A stretch of 63,041 nucleotides of DNA from Candidatus Kerfeldbacteria bacterium (GTDB lineage: Bacteria > Patescibacteriota > Patescibacteriia > SBBC01 > CAIJZX01), in the NCBI GenBank assembly GCA_016193315.1, contig JACPSJ010000006.1, positions 1 through 63,041 of the forward strand, given 5' to 3'. Made by a program: the position numbers and the translations under genes. Of the stretch, positions 8,806 through 18,716 are shown in pieces. The notes under the pieces were generated by a model. The model did no database searches. It was not told where the DNA came from and saw only the letters and a program-made list of their open reading frames with translations. Each line of letters starts with the position of its first letter. Position 1 is the first letter of the stretch.

Positions 8806-9930
8806 TCATTCGCCGTTTCGCAGCGGCCAGGACAGATGGCCAGTCTTAATTTGCGTCCGCAACTCCGTTGGTATGGCCGAATCTTTGGCCAACCGCTCGA
8901 GCATCGCGTCACGCCGCTCATCAGTCAACAATCGAACTTGCTGGTCGGTGGTGCGAATTGGTTGTAGTTCGATATCCGTGGAATTGGCGCGTAAGGTGAA
9001 CTGGAGCATCAACCCCTCGAGTGTGTCCTCGGAGAAATACTGATCGAATAGGAAATTGCCCAGACTATAGAAAATGAGCTTATCATTGTACAGTTCGATC
9101 GGCTCGACCACGTGCGGATGAGCGCCAATGATCAGATCAGCGCCGGCGTCGACTAGCTGATGCGCCTGTTCTTGCAGTCGTGGCTGGATTCCCAGCTGAT
9201 ACTCGGCACCCCAGTGCGGCATGACAATGACGAATAATTCTTGAGCTTTGGCCTCGCGAATATCTGCCAGAATTGTTTCTAGACCTACGACCAACCCGTG
9301 GTAGCCAATGAACGCGAGCCGATGTCCGGCCACGGTCTTGACGATGCCAAAGCCGTGGGCGTTCCGCGGGTCGCCGAAGAAATCCAAACCGGCTTCCCGC
9401 AGCACTCGCCGCGTGTTGTCGAGGCCGGCCTGACCGTAGTTAAGGGTGTGGTTATTGGCGAGCGACAACGTGGTGAACCCAACATCTTTGAGCACCGGCG
9501 CCAGGGCCGGGTCGAAAGTAAAAATCAAGGCCCCGCCGCTAACGGCGTACTTGGTACTGTCCGTGAATGGACCTTCGAGATTGGCCAGGACAATATCGCC
9601 ATTCAGTTCTGACCGGATGGCCTCAAAGGGGTAGGTTCGGCCGCGTTTGGCGATCGACTGGCGGACATTTCGATCAAGCATGATATCGCCGCCGACAGTC
9701 AGGATCCAGGGTTTTTCAACTGGTGTAGGGATCGACGTGTTCGCAAGAGTCGCGCCATTGCCATTGTTCTCTTGAGTAGGTGATTCAACCCAACCGGCGA
9801 GAAGTTGGCGATAGAACTCCCGCTCCGCACGTTTACTCCACCAGGAACCGGCGACCAGGATACCAATCACAAGCATCACCCCAGCCTCGACGATGAGCAA
9901 GAATTTCAGAACGCGCATCAATGTTGACAC
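8806..9930 (-). CDS. CapA-family (poly-gamma-glutamate capsule synthesis / metallophosphatase-like) membrane-anchored protein
   Basis: 374 aa with an N-terminal TM helix and the motifs GGDIMLDR, ANLEGP, LANNH, HWGAEY and GAHPH. Confidence 0.85.
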   Translation of the reverse strand: MSTLMRVLKFLLIVEAGVMLVIGILVAGSWWSKRAEREFYRQLLAGWVESPTQENNGNGATLANTSIPTPVEKPWILTVGGDIMLDRNVRQSIAKRGRTYPFEAIRSELNGDIVLANLEGPFTDSTKYAVSGGALIFTFDPALAPVLKDVGFTTLSLANNHTLNYGQAGLDNTRRVLREAGLDFFGDPRNAHGFGIVKTVAGHRLAFIGYHGLVVGLETILADIREAKAQELFVIVMPHWGAEYQLGIQPRLQEQAHQLVDAGADLIIGAHPHVVEPIELYNDKLIFYSLGNFLFDQYFSEDTLEGLMLQFTLRANSTDIELQPIRTTDQQVRLLTDERRDAMLERLAKDSAIPTELRTQIKTGHLSWPLRNGE

Positions 9931-9968
9931 GCTCTCAGTCTACCACAATCGCGTGGTATACTGACTGC

Positions 9969-11009
9969 ATGACAAAGGTCATGGTGACCGGTGGTGCAGG
10001 ATTCATTGGCTCGAACTACATCCGTCATGCCCTCCGATCTCACCCGGACTGGGAGATTTGGAATCTCGACAAGCTGACCTACGCCGGCAACCTGGCCAAT
10101 CTGGAAGATGTGGCTCAGGACCCGCGGTATCATTTTGTACGCGGTGATATTGCTAATGCCAAGACGGTCGACTCGGTAACGAATAACGGATTCGACACCA
10201 TTATCAATTTCGCGGCCGAGACCCATGTTGACCGCTCGATCCATAGCGGCAATGAGTTTTTGCATACTAATGTTCTTGGCACGAATGTTCTGCTTGAAGC
10301 CGCCCGCCACCATAAGGTCAAGACTTTTGTCCATATCTCGACTGATGAGGTCTATGGTGACCTACCGGCTGGTGAATTTGCCAAAGAATCTGATTCGCTC
10401 AAGCCCTCGAGCCCTTATGCGGCTTCCAAAGCGGCAGCCGACTTATTGGTTCTAGCCCATGTCCGGACCTATGGCTTGCCAGCCATGATCACCCGCGGCA
10501 CGAATAATTACGGTCCGTATCAGCACCCAGAAAAAATGTTGCCGCTGTTCGTCACTAATTTATTGCCGGGCAAGAAAGTTCCGGTCTACGGCGATGGTCA
10601 GCAGGTTCGCGATTGGCTGCACGTCGATGATCATTGTCGGGCGATTGATATTGTTTTGGAGAAAGGAAACGTCGGGGAGATCTATAATATCGGTGCAAAC
10701 CACCAACCCGAATGGAGAAACCTAGAAGTCACAAAACTTATTCTCGATGAACTGGGCATGGATGAATCGATGATTGAACACGTCACCGACCGGCCTGGGC
10801 ATGATCGCCGGTATGCGGTTGAGGTGAGGAAGATTAAAGATTTAGGATGGAAGATTCAGGTGCCGGCGGAGGAAGGGTTGCGCGGGACCGTGCGGTGGTA
10901 TCGGGATCATCAAGACTGGTGGGCTACCACTCCCAGGGCTGCGGCCAGCCTCCGTCTTAAGCCCCCGCTGTCGCTGGGGGGAGGGGACCGCCGACCGAGA
11001 CCCCAATGA
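9969..11009 (+). CDS. rfbB: dTDP-glucose 4,6-dehydratase
   Basis: MTKVMVTGGAGFIGSNY Rossmann start, plus STDEVYG and YAASKAA motifs. I moved the start to the ATG at 9969; the ORF track start at 9921 adds 16 non-conserved residues. Confidence 0.9.
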   Translation: MTKVMVTGGAGFIGSNYIRHALRSHPDWEIWNLDKLTYAGNLANLEDVAQDPRYHFVRGDIANAKTVDSVTNNGFDTIINFAAETHVDRSIHSGNEFLHTNVLGTNVLLEAARHHKVKTFVHISTDEVYGDLPAGEFAKESDSLKPSSPYAASKAAADLLVLAHVRTYGLPAMITRGTNNYGPYQHPEKMLPLFVTNLLPGKKVPVYGDGQQVRDWLHVDDHCRAIDIVLEKGNVGEIYNIGANHQPEWRNLEVTKLILDELGMDESMIEHVTDRPGHDRRYAVEVRKIKDLGWKIQVPAEEGLRGTVRWYRDHQDWWATTPRAAASLRLKPPLSLGGGDRRPRPQ

Positions 11010-11842
11010 AACTCATTGTTACTGGCGCGGCTGGGATGCTGGGGAAGGCTATGCTGGACGCCTGGTTCGACCATGAGGTCTTGGGGTTGGACCGGGGCGA
11101 GCTTGACATTACCGATCCGGTCCAGATTCGGCAGACTCTGGCCACGATCAGGCCACAACTACTGATCAACTGCGTTGGATATACTGATGTTGACCGATGC
11201 GAAACGGAAGAGGCGGTTGCAGAACGGGTCAACAGTACCGCTGTCGGTTACCTGGCCAAGACATGTGCCGAACATAAAATAACGCTGGTGCACATCAGCA
11301 CAGACTATGTATTTTCCGGAACCAAGGAGGAAGGTTACGCTGAAGACGATGAACCGGGGCCATCAATCAATGCCTATGGCCTAACCAAGCTTCATGGTGA
11401 AGAATTGTTGCGCCGCCATGCGGCACGGTGGTATCTAGTTCGGACTTCGTGGTTGTATGGATCGGGTGGACGAAATTTCGTCGACACGATTCTCAATCTA
11501 GCCAAGACAAAGTCAGAATTGACTGTGGTAAACGACCAACACGGAAAACCGACCTTTACCCGAGACTTGAGCGGATTCATCAAGCAGCTCGTGCTTGATC
11601 GCGCGCCATATGGGATTTACCACGGCGTCAACGAGCTGGCCTCGACCTGGTATGAATTCGCCACCGAGATTCTCCGGCAGGCGCAATTGTCCACGCCGAT
11701 CAAGCCAATCAAGAGCGAGGCTCTGCCGCGTCCGGCCAAGCGACCGGAATGGTCGGTGCTTCTCAATACCAAACGACCACCACTTCGTTCTTGGCAGGAC
11801 GCGCTGCGTGACTACCTGGCCGAGCTGGGCTATTCTGGTTGA
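11006..11842 (+). CDS. rfbD: dTDP-4-dehydrorhamnose reductase
   Basis: MKLIVTGAAGMLG, HISTDYVF and YGLTKLHGE motifs. The start overlaps the rfbB stop in an ATGA overlap. Confidence 0.85.
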   Translation: MKLIVTGAAGMLGKAMLDAWFDHEVLGLDRGELDITDPVQIRQTLATIRPQLLINCVGYTDVDRCETEEAVAERVNSTAVGYLAKTCAEHKITLVHISTDYVFSGTKEEGYAEDDEPGPSINAYGLTKLHGEELLRRHAARWYLVRTSWLYGSGGRNFVDTILNLAKTKSELTVVNDQHGKPTFTRDLSGFIKQLVLDRAPYGIYHGVNELASTWYEFATEILRQAQLSTPIKPIKSEALPRPAKRPEWSVLLNTKRPPLRSWQDALRDYLAELGYSG

Positions 11843-12579
11843 ACATGACCATGAAGGGAATTATCCTCGCCGGTGGAGCCGGGACCAGACTGCGGCCATT
11901 AACTATGGTTTCGAGCAAACAGCTGCTGCCAGTCTACGACCAGCCGATGGTCTACTACCCGCTGCAAACGCTGCTTAAGGCGGGGATCAAAGACGTTCTG
12001 ATCATTGTTGCTCCAGATCGAGCTGGTGATTTTCTCCGCGTGCTTGGTTCGGGCAAAGAATGGGGAGCGAAGTTCACCTACGAAATCCAGGACAAACCCG
12101 AAGGTTTGGCGCAGGCGTATCTCATCGGCCGCAGTTTCATCGGCGATGCGAACGTAACGATGATTCTGGGCGACAACATTTTCCTCGGCCAAGACGACCA
12201 GATTCACGAAGCCATCACTACGTTCCGACGCGGCGGACGGATCTTTGCCACCGAAGTGCCGGACCCGGAACGGTTCGGGGTGGTTGAATTTGACGCCAGC
12301 CGCCGCGTCGTCTCGATTGACGAGAAACCGAAGCGGCCGAAGAGCAACTTTGCCATTGTCGGCCTCTATATTTTTGACTCCCGTGTGGTCGAGATCGCGC
12401 AGCAGCTCAAGCTCTCAGCCCGCGGCGGGCTGGAGATTACCGACGTCCACAAAGCCTATTTGTCGCAGGGCGAGCTTGACGTTCGGATGTACTCGGGCGA
12501 ATGGCTAGATACTGGGACTTTTGATACCCTTCTGGCCGCTGGCAATCTCGTTGCGGAATGGAAGAAGAAGCGCGGCTGA
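11839..12579 (+). CDS. Glucose-1-phosphate thymidylyltransferase-like sugar nucleotidyltransferase (short RmlA-like form)
   Basis: KGIILAGGAGTRLRPLT signature and the rfb context. The true start may be the ATG at 11851. Confidence 0.8.
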   Translation: MNMTMKGIILAGGAGTRLRPLTMVSSKQLLPVYDQPMVYYPLQTLLKAGIKDVLIIVAPDRAGDFLRVLGSGKEWGAKFTYEIQDKPEGLAQAYLIGRSFIGDANVTMILGDNIFLGQDDQIHEAITTFRRGGRIFATEVPDPERFGVVEFDASRRVVSIDEKPKRPKSNFAIVGLYIFDSRVVEIAQQLKLSARGGLEITDVHKAYLSQGELDVRMYSGEWLDTGTFDTLLAAGNLVAEWKKKRG

Positions 12580-12580
12580 A

Positions 12581-14500
12581 TCAATCGACAACCTGGTACG
12601 AACCGCGGCGGTAGACCCACGAACCGCCGGGTCCGGAGGAAAAAACGATGCTGGCCAAGCCGGTTTCGTAGGCGATGCCAACGTTTTGTAAAAGATACAG
12701 CGACTCGGCGGTAATTTCTTTCAGGGCCGTGTTGTTACTCAGTTTGGCCAAGCCGTTGGGGACGTAGATGACCGCCGCCGCGTTGGGGTGGAGATCGGCT
12801 TTGCAAAAATTGTTGTTGATATTCGCCGCCGGATCGTTGACGTCAAGACTCTGGCTGGTGGCGATCGCCATGACGTAGGTATCGCTGGTGCTATTCCGGA
12901 CTAAACATGAGTCGTTGCTGGCGATCAACTTGCCGCTGGCCGCGTCATCCGGGTTGTCGATGATGACCACGCCGCTGTCGCCGCCGTAGGCGTCGGCTAG
13001 CTTGATGACTGCCCCTTCGTTGAATGTCAAGTTGCCTTTGACCCAGATAGTTCCGGCTAGCGTGACCGTGCCGTCAATGGTGACGTTGCCATCGTATTTC
13101 CTGGGACCGATGGTCGTGCCGTCAGTAATGGTGCAACTGGGGGAACAGGCGGTGGTTCCACCGCCCACCGCCGGGGTCTCCATCTGGGCGATTTCGGCCG
13201 ATGAGATGGGAAAGTCGGCGGTCGGCTGGTCATCGGAATCATCAAAACAATTCGGGCCGGATTCACCTTCGCTACAGGTATCGCTGCCGCCGGCGGCCTT
13301 GACCGTGCCAGCCAGGTTTTGATAGTAGGCTTTGCCGCCGAGGGTGGTGGAATCGATGGTCCGTGCATACCCGTTGCCCTCGACGTTTGGCACCTTGAGC
13401 GTCGGCGGCACGCCGCCCATGTTGACCTGGAAAGCGATATCACAACCGCCGGCGCAAGCGCTGAACATTGTGCTCGTATCGCCGTCGAGTTTGGCGGTCC
13501 CCTCGGCATAGCTGTTGTCATTTGGGCTGCGGACGACCACCCAGTATTTGGTGCTATTGGTTGAACTAGCTTTGATCACTAACCAGTACTTCTGCCCAGC
13601 GGCTAGGACCGGATTGGTCGGCGGGTTGAACGTCTGCGTGGTCCAACCATCCTCCCAACCCGACGGGCTGTCGTTTGGCACCGACACCGTCAGCGCTTGT
13701 CCGCCATCGGACAGGTCGCTGTCCGGATTGTCGCCGTTATTGGAGTAAATCATCAGCGTAATGTTCGACGTTGGCGCATTGTGCTTGGCAATTTTCAGAT
13801 AGAGACTGTATATTTTGTCGGTCACGGACGGCACGAAGCTCTGGGCCAGCCAGTCATTGCTGCTGTTGTTGCTGCCAACGGTCAGCGTCTGCAAGGGGCT
13901 GACGGACGGATCTGAAACTGCGTCTTGGGTGGGATCGCTGGGAGTTAAAACCGCGTCACCATCGATATGGGAACCATTGGCACCAATGACCGAGCCGGCG
14001 GAATAGAGATTGCCGTCGACAAAAGCGTTATTCTCCATGGTCACCCCGCCGGTGCCAGTTTGTACTCCGTACTGGAAAGATTCCGACGCGGCGGTAGTGG
14101 CCAGTCGGACCTGAACATGCTTGGTGGTGGTGGTCAGCGCGCCGCTGACCGTGCCGTAAGCGTCGATCGCTCGACTCCGGCCCGAACCGCTGACCGTGGT
14201 GGTGAAGTGCCCGCGCCCGAGGGCGACGTTGGTTTCACCAGTGTAGCTCGGATTGCCGGGGCAGTCGGTGGTGTTCGACGGGTTATTGAGGCACCAGACG
14301 GCTTTTTCAACCCCGGCCTCGGCCAGGCGGATCGCTTCTTGGTCGTTCACTCGGCGGCTGACGGTCCGAACGTGACCGTCGGTGCGGCTGAAGATGGTCA
14401 GCACCAGGATGGCAATGACACTCAGCAAGACGACGCTGAGCGCCAAGGCGCTGCTCCGGCGCAGGAGCGGACGTTTAGGGGTGGTTGCGGAACGTGCCAT
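12581..14500 (-). CDS. Large secreted pilus-associated protein with a PilX/minor-pilin-like hydrophobic N-terminus
   Basis: N-terminus MARSATTPKRPLLRRSSALALSVVLLSVIAILVLTIF, followed by a long Gly/Thr/Asn-rich region predicted to be beta-rich. It is the last gene of a three-gene pilin-like operon. I chose the ATG at 14500; the ORF track start at 14554 is a TTG. Confidence 0.65.
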   Translation of the reverse strand: MARSATTPKRPLLRRSSALALSVVLLSVIAILVLTIFSRTDGHVRTVSRRVNDQEAIRLAEAGVEKAVWCLNNPSNTTDCPGNPSYTGETNVALGRGHFTTTVSGSGRSRAIDAYGTVSGALTTTTKHVQVRLATTAASESFQYGVQTGTGGVTMENNAFVDGNLYSAGSVIGANGSHIDGDAVLTPSDPTQDAVSDPSVSPLQTLTVGSNNSSNDWLAQSFVPSVTDKIYSLYLKIAKHNAPTSNITLMIYSNNGDNPDSDLSDGGQALTVSVPNDSPSGWEDGWTTQTFNPPTNPVLAAGQKYWLVIKASSTNSTKYWVVVRSPNDNSYAEGTAKLDGDTSTMFSACAGGCDIAFQVNMGGVPPTLKVPNVEGNGYARTIDSTTLGGKAYYQNLAGTVKAAGGSDTCSEGESGPNCFDDSDDQPTADFPISSAEIAQMETPAVGGGTTACSPSCTITDGTTIGPRKYDGNVTIDGTVTLAGTIWVKGNLTFNEGAVIKLADAYGGDSGVVIIDNPDDAASGKLIASNDSCLVRNSTSDTYVMAIATSQSLDVNDPAANINNNFCKADLHPNAAAVIYVPNGLAKLSNNTALKEITAESLYLLQNVGIAYETGLASIVFSSGPGGSWVYRRGSYQVVD

Positions 14501-15107
14501 AGAGGACGATGGTTTTGGTGAAGGACCGCCCGGCGACGGTATCTGCCACGGCAATGGTCATCGTCAGGCCGGTAATGGGCGCAGCCGTAGTATAGCGGAA
14601 ATAGAGGTCTTTGGCTTTCTCCACCACCACCTGATTGAGGCTGGCCCGGGTTGAGGTTGGGGCCGGGTCAAGCAGGTAGCGAATGACCGGATAGTCTGCC
14701 TGGGAAGTGTCATGGGTGATGACGGCGGTGTCCGTGTCGCTGGCCGAGAGCGAGCCGTCACTGAGCAAGCTTGGGAGGCTCAAGACCACGGTCGTTGTGC
14801 CGGTCGAGTATTCGGTGCCGTCAATTGTGACGCTATCGAGAACCTCTTTAGCTTGTCGCAAGACGGGGTCAAGGACCGTAAAAACGCGACCGGCATTCTC
14901 GCCGACCACAATCCGCTGCCCCTCATCGCGCACGAAGCGGGTAGAATCAATGAACAACGTGCTGGCAATCGTGGTCACAAAGCCGAGAGCGAAAATACTG
15001 ATCATCAGTTCAACCAAAGTCAAGCCCGGCCGTTGTGGCCAGGTGGCGTGGTTACCTCTCCGGTCAGCAGCATGGTGGTTCAACCGAGGAGCTTCTAACG
15101 GGGTCAT
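14475..15107 (-). CDS. Type IV pilin-like protein (prepilin-type N-terminal cleavage/methylation motif)
   Basis: GLTLVELMISIFALGFVTTIASTLF matches the G/FTLxE class III signal. The start at 15107 forms an ATGA overlap with the upstream stop. Confidence 0.75.
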   Translation of the reverse strand: MTPLEAPRLNHHAADRRGNHATWPQRPGLTLVELMISIFALGFVTTIASTLFIDSTRFVRDEGQRIVVGENAGRVFTVLDPVLRQAKEVLDSVTIDGTEYSTGTTTVVLSLPSLLSDGSLSASDTDTAVITHDTSQADYPVIRYLLDPAPTSTRASLNQVVVEKAKDLYFRYTTAAPITGLTMTIAVADTVAGRSFTKTIVLYGTFRNHP

Positions 15108-16201
15108 ATTCCCAGATCGCTCTGACCAATAAGACTGGTGGTGGTGTAGCTTCGGCTTGACGGCCCATCCTGCCATTGGATAGTGACCGTCACTTTCTTC
15201 AGCGTCGTACTGCCGGTCGGGTACGCTTCAATACTCAGCAAGCCGTTATCGTCGAACGTGTTGGGCGTGTTGTCAGGAAGTTCGTTCAAACCGAGGCGGA
15301 CCCAGGCGGCCGGGATGGCGGTGTCGGCGTCGAAGTCCCAGGTTTCGGTGGTCGCGGTCATGGTCTGGACGTCGTCGACGTAGGCGTGGACGCCGCCCCA
15401 GCCGAGGAGCGCGGCCGCGCCCGAGGTATGCGCGGTGTCGGCAATGGTGCTCGTGTCTTGCTGGTTGCCGTCGATGTAGATCTTGATGGTTGGTGTGGTG
15501 GCAGCCAATTCAACTCGCAGCGTGTACCAAGTGCCGGTGGCGATGGCGACACTCGTGGCTTTGGCGAAGACCGCGGTGGCCGCACCATCCGACAATGACT
15601 CCAGATAGAGGTTGTGACTATCAGCCACGCCGCCATCGAGATCGGCGCCAGTGGCGGCAATCCGTAGGCGATAGCCGTTGTCCGAATCGCTGGCGTGAAA
15701 CAGAAAACCGATGGCCCAACCGGCCGGACTGTCGTTGACCACTTTCCATTTCGCCTCGAGCGTAGACGTGTCGTAGACGCCGGCGGGGAAAAGTCGGCGG
15801 CCGGAAACAGCATTGCCGATGCCGGTGTTGACGGACAGCTCAAGAACATTCGGGGTTGAATGGTCGGCGCTCATCTCGGACAGAATGCGCCAGCTGCCAG
15901 CCGGGTAGAGAACAGTGTGAAACGATCCGTTTGTTTGGTTCGTAAGATTATCGAATCCGAGGCGCCGGAGCGCGTTCAATTCCTCGTCCGCCAGGGCGGC
16001 GGCCTGGGCGCGGAACAAGACACGTCGGTTGATCTGACGAGCGTTGATAAGGCTGGCGAACAACAGGACCATTGTACCGACCACAAACAAGGTCAAAACG
16101 GTGTCGAGCAGCGTGAAGCCGGACGGATTCTTTGCAGCCAAGAACCGGCGCGGGGGGAGATTGCGTCGAGCTTGACGGCGCGTTGTTCTCTTGATTTCCA
16201 T
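15104..16201 (-). CDS. Type IV pilin-like protein with a large C-terminal domain
   Basis: SGFTLLDTVLTLFVVGTMVLLFASL prepilin-like motif. I chose the ATG at 16201, which has GGAGG just upstream. Confidence 0.7.
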   Translation of the reverse strand: MEIKRTTRRQARRNLPPRRFLAAKNPSGFTLLDTVLTLFVVGTMVLLFASLINARQINRRVLFRAQAAALADEELNALRRLGFDNLTNQTNGSFHTVLYPAGSWRILSEMSADHSTPNVLELSVNTGIGNAVSGRRLFPAGVYDTSTLEAKWKVVNDSPAGWAIGFLFHASDSDNGYRLRIAATGADLDGGVADSHNLYLESLSDGAATAVFAKATSVAIATGTWYTLRVELAATTPTIKIYIDGNQQDTSTIADTAHTSGAAALLGWGGVHAYVDDVQTMTATTETWDFDADTAIPAAWVRLGLNELPDNTPNTFDDNGLLSIEAYPTGSTTLKKVTVTIQWQDGPSSRSYTTTSLIGQSDLGI

Positions 16202-16623
16202 GGACCTCCAGACCCAGTCTACCAAAGGCGTTTGGGGCTGTCGAAGGCTGACCCCGTTAGAAGCCTCTCTTTTCGTGCCTCGTCCTGACACCATAATCCG
16301 GAGCTAAGTCAGCGTAGCTTCTGACGGAGTGACCCCACTAGAGCGCCTGATCACAAAGCCCAAGGTAATCAAGAACCCACTGGCGTCTTGCAGACACCGC
16401 TCTAACGGGATTGACTGCTGCGGCCGGAAGACGCATAATGTGTCCGCTAACAACGACGCGGGCGGGTGGTGGCTCGTAAAGTCCAGCCGAGGAACGTAAC
16501 ACGTTCCAGAGCCGGACCACGGGCCGAGGTGCTGGTAGACCCAGGAAAACATATCGCTGCATCAGGTAGTTCGCGCCAAGCTCGACGTCAGCAGGGCAGG
16601 CGCGCTATGGTTACTGTTGGCAC

Positions 16624-16709
16624 GCCGGGGTGGTGAAATGGCAGACACGCTAGGTTTAGGACCTAGTCTCCGCAAGGAGGTGGAGGTTCGAATCCTCTCC
16701 CCGGCACCA
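16624..16709 (+). tRNA. tRNA-Leu (anticodon UAG), long variable arm, encoded CCA
   Basis: Acceptor GCCGGGG/CCCCGGC; anticodon stem CTAGG/CCTAG with loop TTTAGGA (TAG at 16657-16659); variable arm CTCCGCAAGGAGGTG; T arm GAGGTTCGAATCCTC; ACCA end. Confidence 0.9.
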
Positions 16710-18140
16710 GTCAGTAAATGAGCGAAAATCGCGCGCGCTCGACCACCCGATTTTCGCTTCGTAGCCGAGTTTTCTCCCTTTCAAAAGAAAGTTCGAGCCG
16801 ATATTTTTCAGAAATGCACGAAGTTCGGCTGGCTCGCCGCGGTTAGCCAGGATTTTGGCTTGTTTATTGCGTAAAAGAAACTCTTTCATCGGTTCGAGCC
16901 AAAAACTGCCTTTCTGCCGAAGTTCATCAATTCGCTGTTCTAAAGAAACCCTTTGGCCAAGAAGTTTCTCTTTCTTAGCTTTATACTCGCTGGCTTCAAT
17001 AGCGCCTTCCAAGTGAGAGTCGAGCAGGCGGTCTAGTTTCACGTCCGTGGCCTTTATTTGGTCTCCAAGCGACATTACCAGCTCACCAGACTGCCTTGCT
17101 TCCTGTTCTCGATCTTCTTCTAGCTTCGCCAACATCTTGTCTGTCCAATCATCGGGAAGTGCTAGGTTTTTGTAGATCGTTTGAATCTGCTCGACTAACG
17201 CTTCTTCTCGCAAGTAGCCTTTTTCAGAACAGAAACCCTTTTTCTTAGTACAGCGATAGTACGTATGTCCTTTCTGAACTTCGGCAGTTATGTAACAACC
17301 GCAGGAGCATTTTATCAGTGCGCCGAACAAATGACTCTTATTGTGTTTCGCTTGAGGTTTACCGCGGCGAGCCATGACCGCTTGGCACTCGTCGAATAAT
17401 CGTTTGGAGATAATTGGTTTGTGCGCCGCTGGGTATAATTCTCCGTTGTAACGAATTAGTCCGGAGTAAAATGGATTGCGGAGTAACTTTTGGACGTTAC
17501 CTATAGCTATCGGACCACCAAAGCGAGTTGTCAGACCTTTTTTGCTGAATAAAATAGCGAGGTCTTGAAAACCATACTCCCCGGTAGCATATAGTTGGAA
17601 CATTTTTCTAATAAGCGGTGCGGTTTTATCATCAACGATAATGGTTTTATTTATCCGATCATTATCGTAACCCAGCGGCGCCCAACCTGGCCAAACTCCG
17701 CGACGAAGTTTTTGTCGCTGACCGCGTTTAATATTTTCGCGGAGATTATCGACGAAGTATTTGGATTGGCCAAAAGCAATCGAGAGCATAAATAATCCTT
17801 GCGGCGTTGGCTCAAACCAAAAGGTCGGAAACTTCATGGCTTTGAGTAATCCGCGATCTACCAAGTGAATTATTCGACCACCATCAACGGAATTGCGTGC
17901 CAAGCGGTCGGGATGCCAAGCGAGTATTCCGTCAGCCTTACCTTTCTCGATTGAATCCAGCATTTCGCCGAACTTCGTTCGGCCCGGTTCCTTGGCGGTT
18001 TTTGCTTCCTGAAAGGAAGCGACGATTTCAAGTTTTTCTTTGGCGGCAAATTCTTTTAATTCAATTAATTGGGCTTCAATACTTAAAACCTGTTGTGAAT
18101 CTTCCTCGGTAGATTTTCTAGCGTAGAGATAATATTTCAT
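16656..18140 (-). CDS. Large serine recombinase (resolvase domain + recombinase domain + zinc-ribbon/coiled-coil region)
   Basis: N-terminal YARKST(E)...QLIEL...ILAWHPDRLARN resolvase catalytic core, CxxC...C pattern and a long coiled-coil. The last 18 codons read through the tRNA-Leu 3' half (16656-16709). Confidence 0.9.
   Translation of the reverse strand: MKYYLYARKSTEEDSQQVLSIEAQLIELKEFAAKEKLEIVASFQEAKTAKEPGRTKFGEMLDSIEKGKADGILAWHPDRLARNSVDGGRIIHLVDRGLLKAMKFPTFWFEPTPQGLFMLSIAFGQSKYFVDNLRENIKRGQRQKLRRGVWPGWAPLGYDNDRINKTIIVDDKTAPLIRKMFQLYATGEYGFQDLAILFSKKGLTTRFGGPIAIGNVQKLLRNPFYSGLIRYNGELYPAAHKPIISKRLFDECQAVMARRGKPQAKHNKSHLFGALIKCSCGCYITAEVQKGHTYYRCTKKKGFCSEKGYLREEALVEQIQTIYKNLALPDDWTDKMLAKLEEDREQEARQSGELVMSLGDQIKATDVKLDRLLDSHLEGAIEASEYKAKKEKLLGQRVSLEQRIDELRQKGSFWLEPMKEFLLRNKQAKILANRGEPAELRAFLKNIGSNFLLKGRKLGYEAKIGWSSARDFRSFTDWCRGEDSNLHLLAETRS
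16704..16781 (+). repeat. Recombination-site copy A (next to the tRNA; lies inside the recombinase 3' coding end)
   Basis: 48-bp core identical to copy C, plus 23-30 bp (TTTCGCTTCGTAGCCGAGTTTTC...) shared in inverted orientation with copy B. The core contains the dyad GCGAAAATCG-N16-CGATTTTCGC. Confidence 0.8.
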
Positions 18141-18153
18141 ATCCTAGGGTTAG

Positions 18154-18428
18154 GAGAGAAAAGCCCGCGTTCGCCCGCGCCCTTAAGGGCGCAAAGGGGG
18201 AAAACTCGGCTACGAAGCGAAAATCGGGTGGTCGGCCGCGGCCGATTTTCGCTCATTTACCGACTGGTGCAGTATATACGCGCAGATTCGAACGGATTTT
18301 GCGGGCGGCGGCTAGCGCCCCTTCGCCCCCGCAGCCGCCGCCCGGGCGCGCCTTTTCAAAAACCGCCAAGCAACCGGTAAAAAATATCGGCTCGAACTTT
18401 CTTTTGGGGCGAACGCGGGCTTTTCTCT
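18154..18428 (-). repeat. Recombination-site copy B: inverted, junction-type (attP-like) copy carrying a relic recombinase C-terminus, enclosed by 22-bp inverted repeats
   Basis: The reverse complement of 18200-18357 equals [left arm of C, 87/87] + [core with 5 substitutions, 4 in the central 8 nt] + [right arm of A]. The plus strand encodes ...KLGYEAKIGWSAAADFRSFTDWCSIYAQIRTDFAGGG* followed by a 13-bp GC hairpin. 18154-18176 and 18407-18428 are inverted repeats. Confidence 0.75.
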
Positions 18429-18491
18429 TCCGTATTCCTATTATGAATATTCCTCAAGTGAATATATGATGATTACTGAATACTGTCAAAT

Positions 18492-18716
18492 ATGCGAAAA
18501 AACATATACTCACCGATTAGCAAGAGAATTGTCCACAAGTTAAAATTGGCTAGAAAACAGGCTGGTTTGGATCAAAAACAGGTGGCAAAACACCTTGGTG
18601 TTACCCAGTCTTTGGTTTCTAAAATTGAATCCGGCCAAGTTCGGCTTGATGTGACACAGCTACTTGAATTAGCTCGACTTTATCAAAAACACGTCACATT
18701 CTTTCTGGAACAATGA
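18492..18716 (+). CDS. XRE-family helix-turn-helix protein, probable R-M controller (C) protein
   Basis: 74 aa with LDQKQVAKHLGVTQSLVSKIESGQ. The stop overlaps the start of the downstream nuclease gene in an ATGA overlap. TGAATA repeats (18444, 18459, 18477), including the palindrome GAATATTC, lie upstream. Confidence 0.8.
   Translation: MRKNIYSPISKRIVHKLKLARKQAGLDQKQVAKHLGVTQSLVSKIESGQVRLDVTQLLELARLYQKHVTFFLEQ

Noticed and set aside
12581-16294. Many 60-190-aa ORFs antisense to or overlapping the pilin-like genes (for example 13057-13521, 13967-14521, 14707-15132, 15176-15598, 15358-15849 and 15860-16288).
   Set aside because: All are nested in long, motif-bearing minus-strand genes and have Arg/Gly/Pro-rich or otherwise implausible compositions.
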